This document shows, piece after piece, positions 7,226-16,211 of a DNA stretch of 64,000 nucleotides. Position 1 is the first letter of the stretch, and every line of letters begins with the position of its first letter. Below the pieces are notes generated by a model. The model ran no database searches. It was not told the origin of the DNA and was given only the letters and a program-made list of their open reading frames with translations. The stretch is from an uncultured Actinomycetes bacterium (lineage in GTDB: Bacteria > Actinomycetota > Acidimicrobiia > IMCC26256 > PALSA-555): assembly GCA_903899845.1 (NCBI GenBank), contig CAIUKV010000038.1, positions 346 to 64,345 on the forward strand, given 5' to 3'. Position numbers and translations under genes: made by a program.

Positions 7226-8509
7226 CTACCGGTTGTCGTCGGCCTTGAGGTCCCGCAGCATGGCGGCGGTGGTCCCCGTCTCCCGCCGGGTCTTGCGTAC
7301 CTCGTGGAAGCCGGTGTCGACGTCGGCGGCCCGGGCCCGCAGGGCGCCCACGGTGCACTCCTCGCGCGGGATCACCGAGAACGGGTCGTACTGGTAGTGG
7401 CGCATCGCGTTGAGATGCGTCATCTTGTCGATCTCGTCGTCGGGCACGCCGTCGAGGCTCTTCATCAGTCGCTCGGGCGACGTGGGCCACGTGCAGTCCG
7501 AGTGCGGGTAGTCGCACTCCCACGTGATCATGTCGATCCCGATGTCGTGGCGGTTCTTGACGCCCGCGGCGTCGTCGATGAAGCAGGTGACCACCCGCTC
7601 CTTGAACACCTGGCTCGGGAGCTGGTCGCCGAAGTCCTGGCCGGTCCAGGCCTTGTGGTGCTCGTACGTGTAGTCGATGCGCTCGAGGAAGTACGGGATC
7701 CAGCCGATCCCGCCCTCGGACATCGCGATCTTGAACGTCGGGAACTTCCGGAACACCGGCGAGAAGACGAGGTCGGCGGCCGCCTGCACCAGGTTGATCG
7801 GCTGGAGGGCGATGAGCACGTCCATGGGCGCGTCCTCGGCCGTCACCACCAGCTGCGACGACGACCCGATGTGCATGTTGACCACCGTCTGGGTGTCCTC
7901 GCACGCGGCCCAGAACGGGTCCCAGTGGTCGGAGTGCAGGCTCGGGAGGTCGAGGCGGGCGGGGTTCTCGGAGAAGGTGACCGAGTGGCAGCCCTTGTCG
8001 GCGAGTCGCCGCACCTCGGCGGCCATGAGCGCGGGGTCCCACACCGGGACGAGCCCGCACGGGATGAAACGTCCCGGGTAGGCGCCGCACCAGTCCTCGA
8101 CGTGCCAGTCGTTGTACGCGACGAGCAGGGCGAGCGCCATCTCCTTGTCGGGGGTCATCTGGAACTGCCGGCCGGCGAAGCCGGGCCACGACGGGAAGTT
8201 CAGCGAGCCCAGCACCCCGTTGGCGTCCATGTCGCGCACGCGCTGGTGGACGTCGTAGCAGCCGGGGCGCATGTCGGAGAAGGCGGCCGGCTCGAGCCCG
8301 TAGTCGGCGGGCGGGCGCCCGACCACGGCGTTGAGCCCGACGCTCATCGAGAGGTTCCCGAGGTACTCCCACGCCTCGGTGCCGTCGGGCATGGTGATCA
8401 GCCTCGGCGCGAGGTCCGCGTACTTCGCGGGCACCCGGTCGACGAAGACGTCGGGTGGCTCGACGACGTGGTCGTCGACACTGACCAGGATCAGGTCCTC
8501 GATCTGCAT
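7226..8509 (-). CDS. amidohydrolase family protein (PF04909/ACMSD-like)
   Basis: Real part of ORF 7226..8653 from MQIEDLILVSVDDHVVEPPDVF. Strong GGAGGGGGAG SD just upstream of the ATG at 8509. C-terminal CDYPHSD metal motif. Confidence 0.9.
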   Translation of the reverse strand: MQIEDLILVSVDDHVVEPPDVFVDRVPAKYADLAPRLITMPDGTEAWEYLGNLSMSVGLNAVVGRPPADYGLEPAAFSDMRPGCYDVHQRVRDMDANGVLGSLNFPSWPGFAGRQFQMTPDKEMALALLVAYNDWHVEDWCGAYPGRFIPCGLVPVWDPALMAAEVRRLADKGCHSVTFSENPARLDLPSLHSDHWDPFWAACEDTQTVVNMHIGSSSQLVVTAEDAPMDVLIALQPINLVQAAADLVFSPVFRKFPTFKIAMSEGGIGWIPYFLERIDYTYEHHKAWTGQDFGDQLPSQVFKERVVTCFIDDAAGVKNRHDIGIDMITWECDYPHSDCTWPTSPERLMKSLDGVPDDEIDKMTHLNAMRHYQYDPFSVIPREECTVGALRARAADVDTGFHEVRKTRRETGTTAAMLRDLKADDNR

Positions 8510-8606
8510 GGCTCCCCCTCCACGGTGCGGCCGGCGCCGGGACCGGCGACGGTCAGGTTCGCACACCGGGGCGCCGCGGGCCAAGCGCTCCGGACCCGGA
8601 CGCGCC

Positions 8607-8634
8607 GGGAGCCGGGTCCGTGGACCCGGCTCCC
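8607..8634 (-). terminator. stem-loop (12-bp stem, 4-nt loop) downstream of csp
   Basis: gggagccgggtc-cgtg-gacccggctccc, 56 nt after the csp stop. No U-tract. Confidence 0.5.
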
Positions 8635-8689
8635 GATCGTCGTCCGTGGCCACCCGGGCGGACCCGGGTCGCCGCCGACCGCTCGTGAC

Positions 8690-8896
8690 TCAGAGCGCTC
8701 GGACGTTCTGGGCTTCCTCGCCCTTGCGGCCGGGAGCGACGTCGAACTCGACGCGCTGCCCTTCGGTGAGGGTGCGGTACCCGTCACCCTGGATGGCCGA
8801 GAAGTGGACGAACACGTCGGGGGCGCCTTCCCGGGCGATGAACCCGTAGCCCTTCTCCGCGCTGAACCACTTGACGGTTCCGGTGGTGCTGGCCAA
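8690..8896 (-). CDS. cspA: cold-shock protein (CspA family)
   Basis: ORF 8690..8896. RNP1 KGYGFI and RNP2 VFVHF. TTG start 7 nt after AAGGAG. Confidence 0.95.
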   Translation of the reverse strand: MASTTGTVKWFSAEKGYGFIAREGAPDVFVHFSAIQGDGYRTLTEGQRVEFDVAPGRKGEEAQNVRAL

Positions 8897-9223
8897 TGCC
8901 GTGCTCCTTGCGTCGTCGCCGTCCGGGTCAGCGGCCGGAGGCGGATTCCCAGACGATCCGGCGGGAGTGCCGGTCGCCGGCGCGTCTCACAGGGTCGAAC
9001 CAATCCCCTGACGCAGCCTGGGAGGTGCGTGTGGAGCAGGCCTTGCCGTGAAAACGTTCCGGTCCGGGGCGCCCGGGTGGGCGTCCGTTTCGAACCGAAG
9101 GTGCTGACTCCGATGACGGTAGCACCCCCCACGGGGCCCTGACACCCCACCCCCGGGCGGCGGCGGCCCGCCGGGCCGAGGGTGCCCCCCCGGACCCGGT
9201 CGCTGTGTGCGAACATCTCGGAC

Positions 9224-10408
9224 ATGCAGGCGCCGCCGGTCGAGCACGACGCGACCCCGACCCTGCGCCGGCCCACCGCGACCGAGACGGTCGCCGCCGC
9301 GGCGGCCGCCGGGGCCGGGCTCGTGCACGCCGCCGCGGCCGGGAGCCACGGGGGCGACACCACCCTGATGTGGCTGTTCGCGTGCACCGCCGCCGCGCAG
9401 CTCGCCTGGGCGGCGGCGGTGGTCCTGCGTCCGGGCCGGGCCACGGCCCTCGCCGGTGTCGGCCTCAACGGCGCTGCGGTGCTGGCCTGGGTGGCGTCGC
9501 GCACCGTCGGCCTCACGGGGCCCCTCGCCGGGGTCGAGCCCGTGGGCACCCAGGACCTGCTCGCCGCGCTGCTCGGCGGCATCGCCACCCTCGCCGCGGC
9601 CCTGGCCCTCCGCCCGCGCCGCCCCGAGCCCCGCACCGGTCCCGCCCACCACGCCGTCGTCGGGCTCGCGGTCGGCGTCGTGATCCTGCTCGCGGTGCCG
9701 GGCATGGCCGCCGAGCACGCGCACGGGGGCCACGACGACCACGCGCCCGGCGCGGGCACCGCCGCGGCCCACGACCACACGAGCGCGGGGATTGGCGCGA
9801 CCGGTGCCCACGACCACGGCGGCGGCGCGACCGGGGCCCCGAAGGCGGTCGACGCGGCGGCGACGAAGCCGATCGTCACCGTGGACGACCCCCGGCTCTC
9901 GTCGGCCCAGCGCCGCCGCGCCGGCGCGCTGTTGGTCGCCTCGCGGACCGCGCTGACCCGGTTCCCCGACGAGGCGGCCATCGTCGCCGCCGGCTACCGG
10001 TCCATCGGCGACGGCCGGGCGGTCGGAGGCTTCGAGCACTTCGTGCACGGCGAGTACCTGCGCGACGGGCGCGAGCTCGACCCCGACGCGATCGAGTCGA
10101 TCGTGATGCAGCGCCAGGCCGACGGCACCAAGCGGGTGGCGTCGGCGATGTACATCCTCGAGCCGGGCAAGACCATGGGGAACGTCCCCGAGATCGCGGG
10201 GTCCCTCACCACCTGGCACGACCACCAGGACCTGTGCTGGAACGACAACGGCCGCCTCGCCGGCCGCCTCGTCAACGGCGTGTGCGTGCCGGGCGGGACG
10301 TTCCGGCCCACGCCGCCGATGCTGCACGTCTGGGTCGACGACCCGGCGTGCGGGCCGTTCACGGGCATCGAGGGCCACGGCGGCGGCGACTGCTCCCACA
10401 GCCACTGA
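9224..10408 (+). CDS. His-rich membrane protein of unknown function
   Basis: ORF 9182..10408; I prefer the ATG at 9224, but the start is uncertain. About 5 N-terminal TM helices, a His-rich linker (HAHGGHDDH, HDHTS, HDHGGG) and a C-terminal GHGGGDCSHSH. Confidence 0.55.
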   Translation: MQAPPVEHDATPTLRRPTATETVAAAAAAGAGLVHAAAAGSHGGDTTLMWLFACTAAAQLAWAAAVVLRPGRATALAGVGLNGAAVLAWVASRTVGLTGPLAGVEPVGTQDLLAALLGGIATLAAALALRPRRPEPRTGPAHHAVVGLAVGVVILLAVPGMAAEHAHGGHDDHAPGAGTAAAHDHTSAGIGATGAHDHGGGATGAPKAVDAAATKPIVTVDDPRLSSAQRRRAGALLVASRTALTRFPDEAAIVAAGYRSIGDGRAVGGFEHFVHGEYLRDGRELDPDAIESIVMQRQADGTKRVASAMYILEPGKTMGNVPEIAGSLTTWHDHQDLCWNDNGRLAGRLVNGVCVPGGTFRPTPPMLHVWVDDPACGPFTGIEGHGGGDCSHSH

Positions 10409-10432
10409 GGCGGCGGCGCCGGTCCGGGGCGC

Positions 10433-11749
10433 TCAGCGGGCGTGGCAGTGCTTGGCCTTGCGGCCGCTCCCGCAGGGGCACGGATCGTTGCGGGGTGCGT
10501 CCCGCAGGGTCGTCATCACCTCGTCGGCGTAACCGCCCCGGCGGAGCCGGTCGGCCATCAGGCGCACGGGGCCGTCGACGTGCCCGAAGAAGGCCCGGTA
10601 CCCGGCGCAGAGGTAGTTGAGGCCGGGCTCGCCGGTGGGGGTCCGCCGGATCCGGTTCTTCGGACACTCGCCCTGGCAGGCGAAGCGCACCTCGCACTCG
10701 ATGCAGTAGCGCGGCAGCGTGTCGCGCTTCGCGGCACCGAAGGCCCGCTGCTCGGGTGACGCGACCAGCTCGACCATGTGCGTGGTCATGATGTTGCCCA
10801 GCCGGTGCTCGGGCTCCACGAAGTGGTCGCACGAGTAGAGGTCGCCGTTGTGCTCGAGCGCCAACGCGTTCCCACAGGTCTCGGCGAAGATGCACATGCT
10901 GGCCGGGAGCCCGAGCCACGCGCCGAGTGCGGCATCGAACATCTGGACGAACACCGTCCCCACGTCCCGGGTGATCCACTCGTCGAAGACCGCGGTCAGG
11001 AAGGCCCCCCAGGCGACCGGATCGACCGACCGGTCGGTCACGGCCGCGTCGTCGGGGACCCCGGTGTCGTCGACCCGCTCCACGATCGGGATGAGCTGCA
11101 GGTGACGCGCGCCCAGGTCGTCGCGCAGGAACCGGTAGACCTCGAGCGGGAACGCCTGGTTCGCCGCGTGCACCGTGCACAAGATGTTGGTGTCCACTCC
11201 GTGGCGCTGGAGCAGGTCCCAGCCCCGGCGCACCTTGGCGAAGGTGGCCTCGCCCCGCTTGTCGACCCGGTAGACGTCGTGGAGGTGGGCGGGACCGTCG
11301 ACGCTGAGCCCGACGAGGAAGCGGTGCTCGGCGAACAGCGCGCACCACTCGTCGGTGAGGAGGGTGCCGTTGGTCTGGATCGTGTGGTGCAGGCGCTGCC
11401 CGGGCCGGGCGTGCGCCTCGGCGAGCGCGACGGCGCGGCGGAAGAAGTCCACGCCCATGAGGGTCGGCTCGCCACCCTGCCAGGCGATGGTGACCTCGGG
11501 CGCGGTCTCGGCCTCGATCGTCTGGCGGATGTAGGCGGCGAGGACGTCGTCGGGCATCCGGAAGCGGTCGCCCGGGTACAGCGCCTCCTTCTCGAGGAAG
11601 AAGCAGTACGAGCAGTCGAGGTTGCAGATCGGCCCCGACGGCTTGGCCAGCACGTGGAACGAGGCCGGCGCCGTCGGCGGCCGCGGGTCGGGCGGCGGCG
11701 GGGACGGGCGGGCGTCCGGGCCCGACCGCAGGGTCACGGGCGTCTCCAC
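10433..11749 (-). CDS. anSME-like radical SAM/SPASM maturase with C-terminal SEC-C motif
   Basis: Real part of ORF 10433..11914. CNLDCSYCF (CxxxCxxC), SPASM Cys clusters (CDHF, CIECEVRFACQGECPKN) and a C-terminal CPCGSGRKAKHCH. The GTG at 11749 is preceded by TAGGCT with a 7-nt gap. Confidence 0.8.
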   Translation of the reverse strand: METPVTLRSGPDARPSPPPPDPRPPTAPASFHVLAKPSGPICNLDCSYCFFLEKEALYPGDRFRMPDDVLAAYIRQTIEAETAPEVTIAWQGGEPTLMGVDFFRRAVALAEAHARPGQRLHHTIQTNGTLLTDEWCALFAEHRFLVGLSVDGPAHLHDVYRVDKRGEATFAKVRRGWDLLQRHGVDTNILCTVHAANQAFPLEVYRFLRDDLGARHLQLIPIVERVDDTGVPDDAAVTDRSVDPVAWGAFLTAVFDEWITRDVGTVFVQMFDAALGAWLGLPASMCIFAETCGNALALEHNGDLYSCDHFVEPEHRLGNIMTTHMVELVASPEQRAFGAAKRDTLPRYCIECEVRFACQGECPKNRIRRTPTGEPGLNYLCAGYRAFFGHVDGPVRLMADRLRRGGYADEVMTTLRDAPRNDPCPCGSGRKAKHCHAR

Positions 11750-11756
11750 CGGCCGG

Positions 11757-11762
11757 AGCCTA
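11757..11762 (-). promoter_or_regulatory. -10 box TAGGCT, leaderless start GTG 11749
   Basis: TANNNT 7 nt upstream of the start on the minus strand. Confidence 0.45.
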
Positions 11763-11879
11763 CGATCCGCGACGCCGCCGCGCCCGGCCGGGCGTCGGGC
11801 ACCGCAACGACCCGGGCGGGACCGCGCCCGGGACCGCAGACCGACGGGCACACCGGCGGGTCGACCGACGGAGGGGACC

Positions 11880-12599
11880 ATGGGAGCACTCGACGGACGG
11901 GTGGCGATCATCACCGGAGGTGCGCGCGGCCAGGGGGCCGCCGAGGGACGGCGGTTCCGGGCCGAGGGCGCGGTCGTCTACCTCACCGACGTCCTCGTGG
12001 CCGAGGGCGCCGCGGTGGCGGCCGAGATCGGGGCCACGTTCCTCGAGCACGACGTCACCGACGTCGACCAGTGGAAGGTCGTGGTCGAGCACGTCCTCGC
12101 CGAGGCGGGCCGCATCGACGTCCTGGTCAACAACGCCGGAGTGCTGCACTGGGCGACGATGACCGAGACCACGCTCGACGCATGGAACCGGGTGGTCGCG
12201 ATCAACCAGACCGGGGTGTTCCTCGGGATGCAGGCGGTGGCGCCCGCGATGAAGGCGCAGCAGTCGGGGAACATCGTCAACATCTCGTCGGTCGCGGCGT
12301 ACAGCGGCAGCGGCCCCTGCTTCGCGTACGGCGCGACCAAGTGGGCCGTGCGCGGGATGACCAAGGGCGCCGCTCAGGAGCTCGGCCCGTTCGGGATCCG
12401 GGTGAACTCGGTGCACCCCGGGGTCATCGACACCCCGATGATGGCGGGCACCCCGCTCGAGCAGCTGGGCGGTGGGGTCCCCCTGCGACGCTACGCGACC
12501 GCCGACGAGGTCGCCGGGCTCGTCTGCTGGCTGGCGTCCGACGAGAGCGCCTACGCCACCGGGGCCGAGTTCGTGCTCGACGGCGGGATGACCGCCTGA
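11880..12599 (+). CDS. SDR family oxidoreductase
   Basis: Internal ATG of ORF 11622..12599 after a GGAGGGGA SD. TGGARGQG and YGATKWAV (YxxxK). Confidence 0.9.
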   Translation: MGALDGRVAIITGGARGQGAAEGRRFRAEGAVVYLTDVLVAEGAAVAAEIGATFLEHDVTDVDQWKVVVEHVLAEAGRIDVLVNNAGVLHWATMTETTLDAWNRVVAINQTGVFLGMQAVAPAMKAQQSGNIVNISSVAAYSGSGPCFAYGATKWAVRGMTKGAAQELGPFGIRVNSVHPGVIDTPMMAGTPLEQLGGGVPLRRYATADEVAGLVCWLASDESAYATGAEFVLDGGMTA

Positions 12600-12617
12600 C
12601 CCTCGGGTCGCGACCGG

Positions 12618-13814
12618 TCAGGCCCGGACCGGAGCCGGCTCCGGGGCCGCGATCCCGTAGAGGGCGGCACCGTTGTCCCAGAGGATCTTGCGCCGGACGT
12701 ACTCGGGCACGCCCGCGAGGCTCGCCTCCATCCGCTCGTGCACGTTGCCGTACAGGCAGGTCGGGTGGGGGAAGTCGGTCTCGAACAGGATGCGGTCGGC
12801 GGGGAGGAGCCCGAGCATCTCGGTGGTGGCCGCGGTCTCGAACCAGTAGCAGGCGTAGACGTTGGTCGCGAAGTACTCCGACGGCATGCGGTCCCACTCG
12901 GAGGTCCGGTCGACGCGTCCCTCGCGGTAGTTGTGGTCGACCGCCTCGAGCACGAAGGGGATCCAGCCGATCCCGCTCTCGACCGACACGAACTGCAGGT
13001 CGGGGAAGCGCGGGAGGATGCCGCTCATCAGCAGGTCGGCCACCTGGAGGCCGTTCTTCAGGAACATCTCGATCGCGGTGTAGGCGAAGGTCGCCGCGGT
13101 GCTGGTGGCGGCGACCCGCTCCGGGGTGAACGACGACGCGGTGTCGCCGCTGCCGATGTGGAAGTGCACCGGGAGCCCGAGGTCCTGGGCGGTGGCCCAG
13201 AGGGGGTCCCAGTGCCGGTCGGCGAGGAAGGGGAGCCCGAAGCGGTGGGGCTCGCCGGTGAACAGGATGCCGCGGTGGCCGGCTTCGGCCCCCCGCCGGA
13301 CCTCGGCGACCGCAGCATCGACGTCCCAGAACGGGGTCGACATGATCGTGACCAGTCGACGCGGGTCGGCCGCGGCCCAGTCCCGCAGGAAGTCGTTGTA
13401 GGCGCGCACGCAGACGAGCTTGAGCTCGTCGTCGGGGAACGACAGGAAGCGCTGTCCCCCGAACGAGGCCACGTTCGGGTACAGCACCTGGGCCCAGATG
13501 CCCTCGTCGTCCATGTACGCGAGCCGCGCCGCCGGGTCGTAGGCCGCCGGGTGGCACTCGTCGTAGTTGCGGGGACCACCGGGGAACGGCTCGGGCCACC
13601 CCGCGACCGCAGTGAGACCGATGTTGTAGAACGGCTGCCCGTCGAGCACCCACTGGTCGACCCCGTCGGCGCTGCGCTCGACGTGCGGCACCCGGTCGCG
13701 GAAGCGGGCCGGCACCCGGTCGACCCACACGTCGGGTGGCTCGGTGATGTGGGTGTCGGCGTCGATGAACCAGTCCTCGGACGGATGGGTCGGCGCGCTC
13801 GCGTCGTCGGTCAT
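12618..13814 (-). CDS. amidohydrolase family protein (PF04909-like)
   Basis: ORF 12618..13814. DADTHITEPPDVW, HFHIGSGD and a C-terminal ETDFPHP. TACGGT lies 6 nt upstream of the ATG. Confidence 0.9.
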   Translation of the reverse strand: MTDDASAPTHPSEDWFIDADTHITEPPDVWVDRVPARFRDRVPHVERSADGVDQWVLDGQPFYNIGLTAVAGWPEPFPGGPRNYDECHPAAYDPAARLAYMDDEGIWAQVLYPNVASFGGQRFLSFPDDELKLVCVRAYNDFLRDWAAADPRRLVTIMSTPFWDVDAAVAEVRRGAEAGHRGILFTGEPHRFGLPFLADRHWDPLWATAQDLGLPVHFHIGSGDTASSFTPERVAATSTAATFAYTAIEMFLKNGLQVADLLMSGILPRFPDLQFVSVESGIGWIPFVLEAVDHNYREGRVDRTSEWDRMPSEYFATNVYACYWFETAATTEMLGLLPADRILFETDFPHPTCLYGNVHERMEASLAGVPEYVRRKILWDNGAALYGIAAPEPAPVRA

Positions 13815-13820
13815 GCGCGC

Positions 13821-13826
13821 ACCGTA
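13821..13826 (-). promoter_or_regulatory. -10 box TACGGT, leaderless start ATG 13814
   Basis: TANNNT 6 nt upstream of the start on the minus strand. Confidence 0.5.
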
Positions 13827-13880
13827 GCGCGGCCGCCCAGGGTCCCACGAAGCCCGATCCGACCCCGGGACCGCCCCCGG

Positions 13881-14651
13881 TCAGGGACGCTGGAACAGGA
13901 AGTCGGGGAGGTCGAGCGCCTGCCCGGCGTGGTGGCCGCGGTCCATGACCAGCTCGGTGCCGTTGCACAGCCGGGACTCGTCGGACGCGAAGAACACCGC
14001 GGCGGGGGCCACCCGGTCGGGGCCGCGCTCGGGATCGGGCGGCAGCGCCGGCCAGTCCTCCGCACCGACGATCGGGGTGTGCATCTCCGGGTTGCCCGCC
14101 TCGGGGCACACGATGTTGCAGCGCACCCCGAACCGACCGTTCTCGATCGCGGTCACCTTGGTGAGGCCCCGCATCGCGAACTTCGACGCGGTGTAGGCCG
14201 CCGTCAGCGTGGTGCCGAACACCGAGTCGATCGAGCCGAGGTTCACGATCGACCCGTTGCCCGAGGCCCGCAGGAGCGGGAGGCAGGCCCGGGTCCCGAG
14301 GAACGCGCCCAGCACGTTGACCCGCAGGATCCGCTCGAACTCGGCCGGCTCGGTGCGGTCGATGGTGGCGAGCAGCAGGACGGCGGCGTTGTTGACGAGC
14401 ACGTCGAGGCGGCCGCCCTCGGCGGCGAGGTCGGCCGTGACCGCGTCCCACCCGGCCTCGGACGTGACGTCGAGGTGCACGTAGCGCGCCACCGGACCGA
14501 GGGAATCGGCCAGCGGCGCACCGAGGTCGTCGCGCACGTCGGCGATCACGACCCGCGCCGCGCCTTCGGCCACGAAGGCGCGGGCGATCTCGGCGCCGGT
14601 GCCCCGGGCCGCGCCGGTCACCAGGGCGACCTTTCCGTCGAGGCGCCCCAC
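13881..14651 (-). CDS. SDR family oxidoreductase
   Basis: ORF 13881..14651. TGAARGTG and YTASKFAM. Confidence 0.9.
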   Translation of the reverse strand: MGRLDGKVALVTGAARGTGAEIARAFVAEGAARVVIADVRDDLGAPLADSLGPVARYVHLDVTSEAGWDAVTADLAAEGGRLDVLVNNAAVLLLATIDRTEPAEFERILRVNVLGAFLGTRACLPLLRASGNGSIVNLGSIDSVFGTTLTAAYTASKFAMRGLTKVTAIENGRFGVRCNIVCPEAGNPEMHTPIVGAEDWPALPPDPERGPDRVAPAAVFFASDESRLCNGTELVMDRGHHAGQALDLPDFLFQRP

Positions 14652-14656
14652 GGGTG

Positions 14657-15118
14657 CTACCGCCGACCGATGTGCTGGAGCTCGACCATGAAGGGCAGGA
14701 CGAAGCCGACGTACGCGCTGGTGAGCACGTACTCCGATGCGTCGCCCTTGGTCAGACGCGACTCCACGTCGATGATCTGCACGCGGTCGTCGGCGGCCTG
14801 ACGCGCCTTGGCCCGGTCGACGATGCCCTGGAGCTCCTCGAGGGTGGCGACCTGGTAGCCGAAATGGTCGAGCCGCGGGCAGCGCAGCGGGTCGTCGCCG
14901 GGCAGCAGGTACACGAACTCGGCGAACTCCCCCGTGTAGAGGATGAGCGGGTCGTGCTTCTCCATGGTGTTGTCGCCCTCGGTCCAGCCGAAGACCTCGC
15001 CGTAGAAGTCGAGGATCTCGGCCCGGCCGGCGTCGTCGAGGAGCGACCGGTCCATCGTGAACGCCACGTGGTTGAGGCGGGGCCGGAACTGCTCCGGTGC
15101 GGTCGGGGTCTCGCTCAC
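14657..15118 (-). CDS. VOC/glyoxalase-like family protein
   Basis: C-terminal part of ORF 14657..16057, from VSETPTAPEQFRPRLNHVAFTM. The GTG overlaps the upstream stop (GTGA). Confidence 0.7.
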   Translation of the reverse strand: MSETPTAPEQFRPRLNHVAFTMDRSLLDDAGRAEILDFYGEVFGWTEGDNTMEKHDPLILYTGEFAEFVYLLPGDDPLRCPRLDHFGYQVATLEELQGIVDRAKARQAADDRVQIIDVESRLTKGDASEYVLTSAYVGFVLPFMVELQHIGRR

Positions 15119-16188
15119 GGGTTGCTCCCTTGCCGGCCGGCCGGGGCGTGGACCTCGGGCCGGACCATCACCTTGGCGGGGATGTCCCCCGCCGCCAATC
15201 GGTCCATGGCGTCGCCGAGTCCGTCGAGCAGGACGTCCTCGGCGTGGATGAGCAGCTCCACGGGGAGCGCCCCCGACGCGAGCAGGTCGAGGGCGGGCTG
15301 CCAGCCCTCGGGGTCGTAGTTGTACGCCCCGAGCAGCGAGAGCTCGAGGATGATGACCCGGTTGTGGTTCACCCGGGGCGGCCGGTGCCCGGTGCCGACG
15401 AACACGAACGTCCCGGCGAAGTCGAGCTGGTCGAGCGCCGACTCGCACGCCGAGGCGTGCCCGGAGCACTCGAACGCGACCGAGAACGGTGCCGCGACCG
15501 GGCGTCCCATCTCGGGGACGGGCAGGTCCTCGGGGACGATCACCGCCGCGGCGCCGACCTCGAGGGCCCGGACCCGGCGGGCGGCGGCCGGCTCCGAGAC
15601 GACGACGTCGTGGACGCCGCGTGCCCGCAGCACCGCGAGGATGAGCATCCCGACGGGCCCGGCCCCGGTGACGAGCACCCGGTCCTCCGGCGTGACGCCC
15701 GACAGGTTGACCGCGTGGATCGCGATGGCGACCGGCTCCGTGAGCGCGGCGTGGCGCAGCGAGAGCCCGTCGGGGACCCGGAGCAGCCGGGCCGCGTCGG
15801 CCTGCACGTAGCGGGCGAACGCGCCGCGGAACGAGAGGTGGTCGACGGGCGGGCGGCGCAGGCACACCGAGGGACGGCGCATCCGGCACGCCCGGCACGC
15901 TCCGCACCCCGGGACCGGCCCGCACACGACCCGGTCCCCCACCGCCCACCCGGTGACCCCGTCGCCGACCGCGGCGATCGTCCCCGCCCACTCGTGGCCG
16001 AGCACCGTGCCCGGGCGGGCGATGCGCTCGTGCACGAGGTGGAGGTCGGTGCCGCACACCCCGCAGTGCGAGATCTCGACCAGCACCTTCCCCGGGCCGA
16101 TCTCGGGAACGGCCACTGCGTCGACCGTGAGGGCCCCGTCGCCCGCGTACACCGCCGCGAGCATGGTCCCGGCACCCGGTTCGGTCAT
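15115..16188 (-). CDS. Zn-dependent alcohol dehydrogenase (MDR family)
   Basis: Real part of ORF 15115..16287 from MTEPGAG. CGVCGTDLH, GHEWAG, structural-Zn CGACRAC, and GAGPVG Rossmann motif. Confidence 0.9.
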   Translation of the reverse strand: MTEPGAGTMLAAVYAGDGALTVDAVAVPEIGPGKVLVEISHCGVCGTDLHLVHERIARPGTVLGHEWAGTIAAVGDGVTGWAVGDRVVCGPVPGCGACRACRMRRPSVCLRRPPVDHLSFRGAFARYVQADAARLLRVPDGLSLRHAALTEPVAIAIHAVNLSGVTPEDRVLVTGAGPVGMLILAVLRARGVHDVVVSEPAAARRVRALEVGAAAVIVPEDLPVPEMGRPVAAPFSVAFECSGHASACESALDQLDFAGTFVFVGTGHRPPRVNHNRVIILELSLLGAYNYDPEGWQPALDLLASGALPVELLIHAEDVLLDGLGDAMDRLAAGDIPAKVMVRPEVHAPAGRQGSNP

Positions 16189-16211
16189 CGTCGCCCTCGG
16201 GAACGCGCGGC

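Noticed and set aside
7226-8653. N-terminally extended versions of many tracked ORFs, e.g. 7226..8653, 10433..11914, 14657..16057, 25697..27418, 47182..48624, 50360..51565, 51126..52493 and 57916..59943.
   Set aside because: The extensions are Arg/Pro-rich and overlap upstream genes. Internal starts have an SD, a leaderless -10 box or a 4-nt stop/start overlap, and they coincide with the first conserved residues of the family.
8928-9125. 65-aa ORF (and other short ORFs) inside the csp upstream region.
   Set aside because: Poor third-position GC bias, Arg/Ser/Pro-rich, no start context. The region is more plausibly the csp 5-prime leader.
9224-11749. The His-rich membrane protein as the substrate of the adjacent anSME-like enzyme.
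   Set aside because: The genes are convergent, not co-transcribed. None of the protein's Cys residues sits in a C/S-x-P-x-R context (CVPGG, CGPFT).
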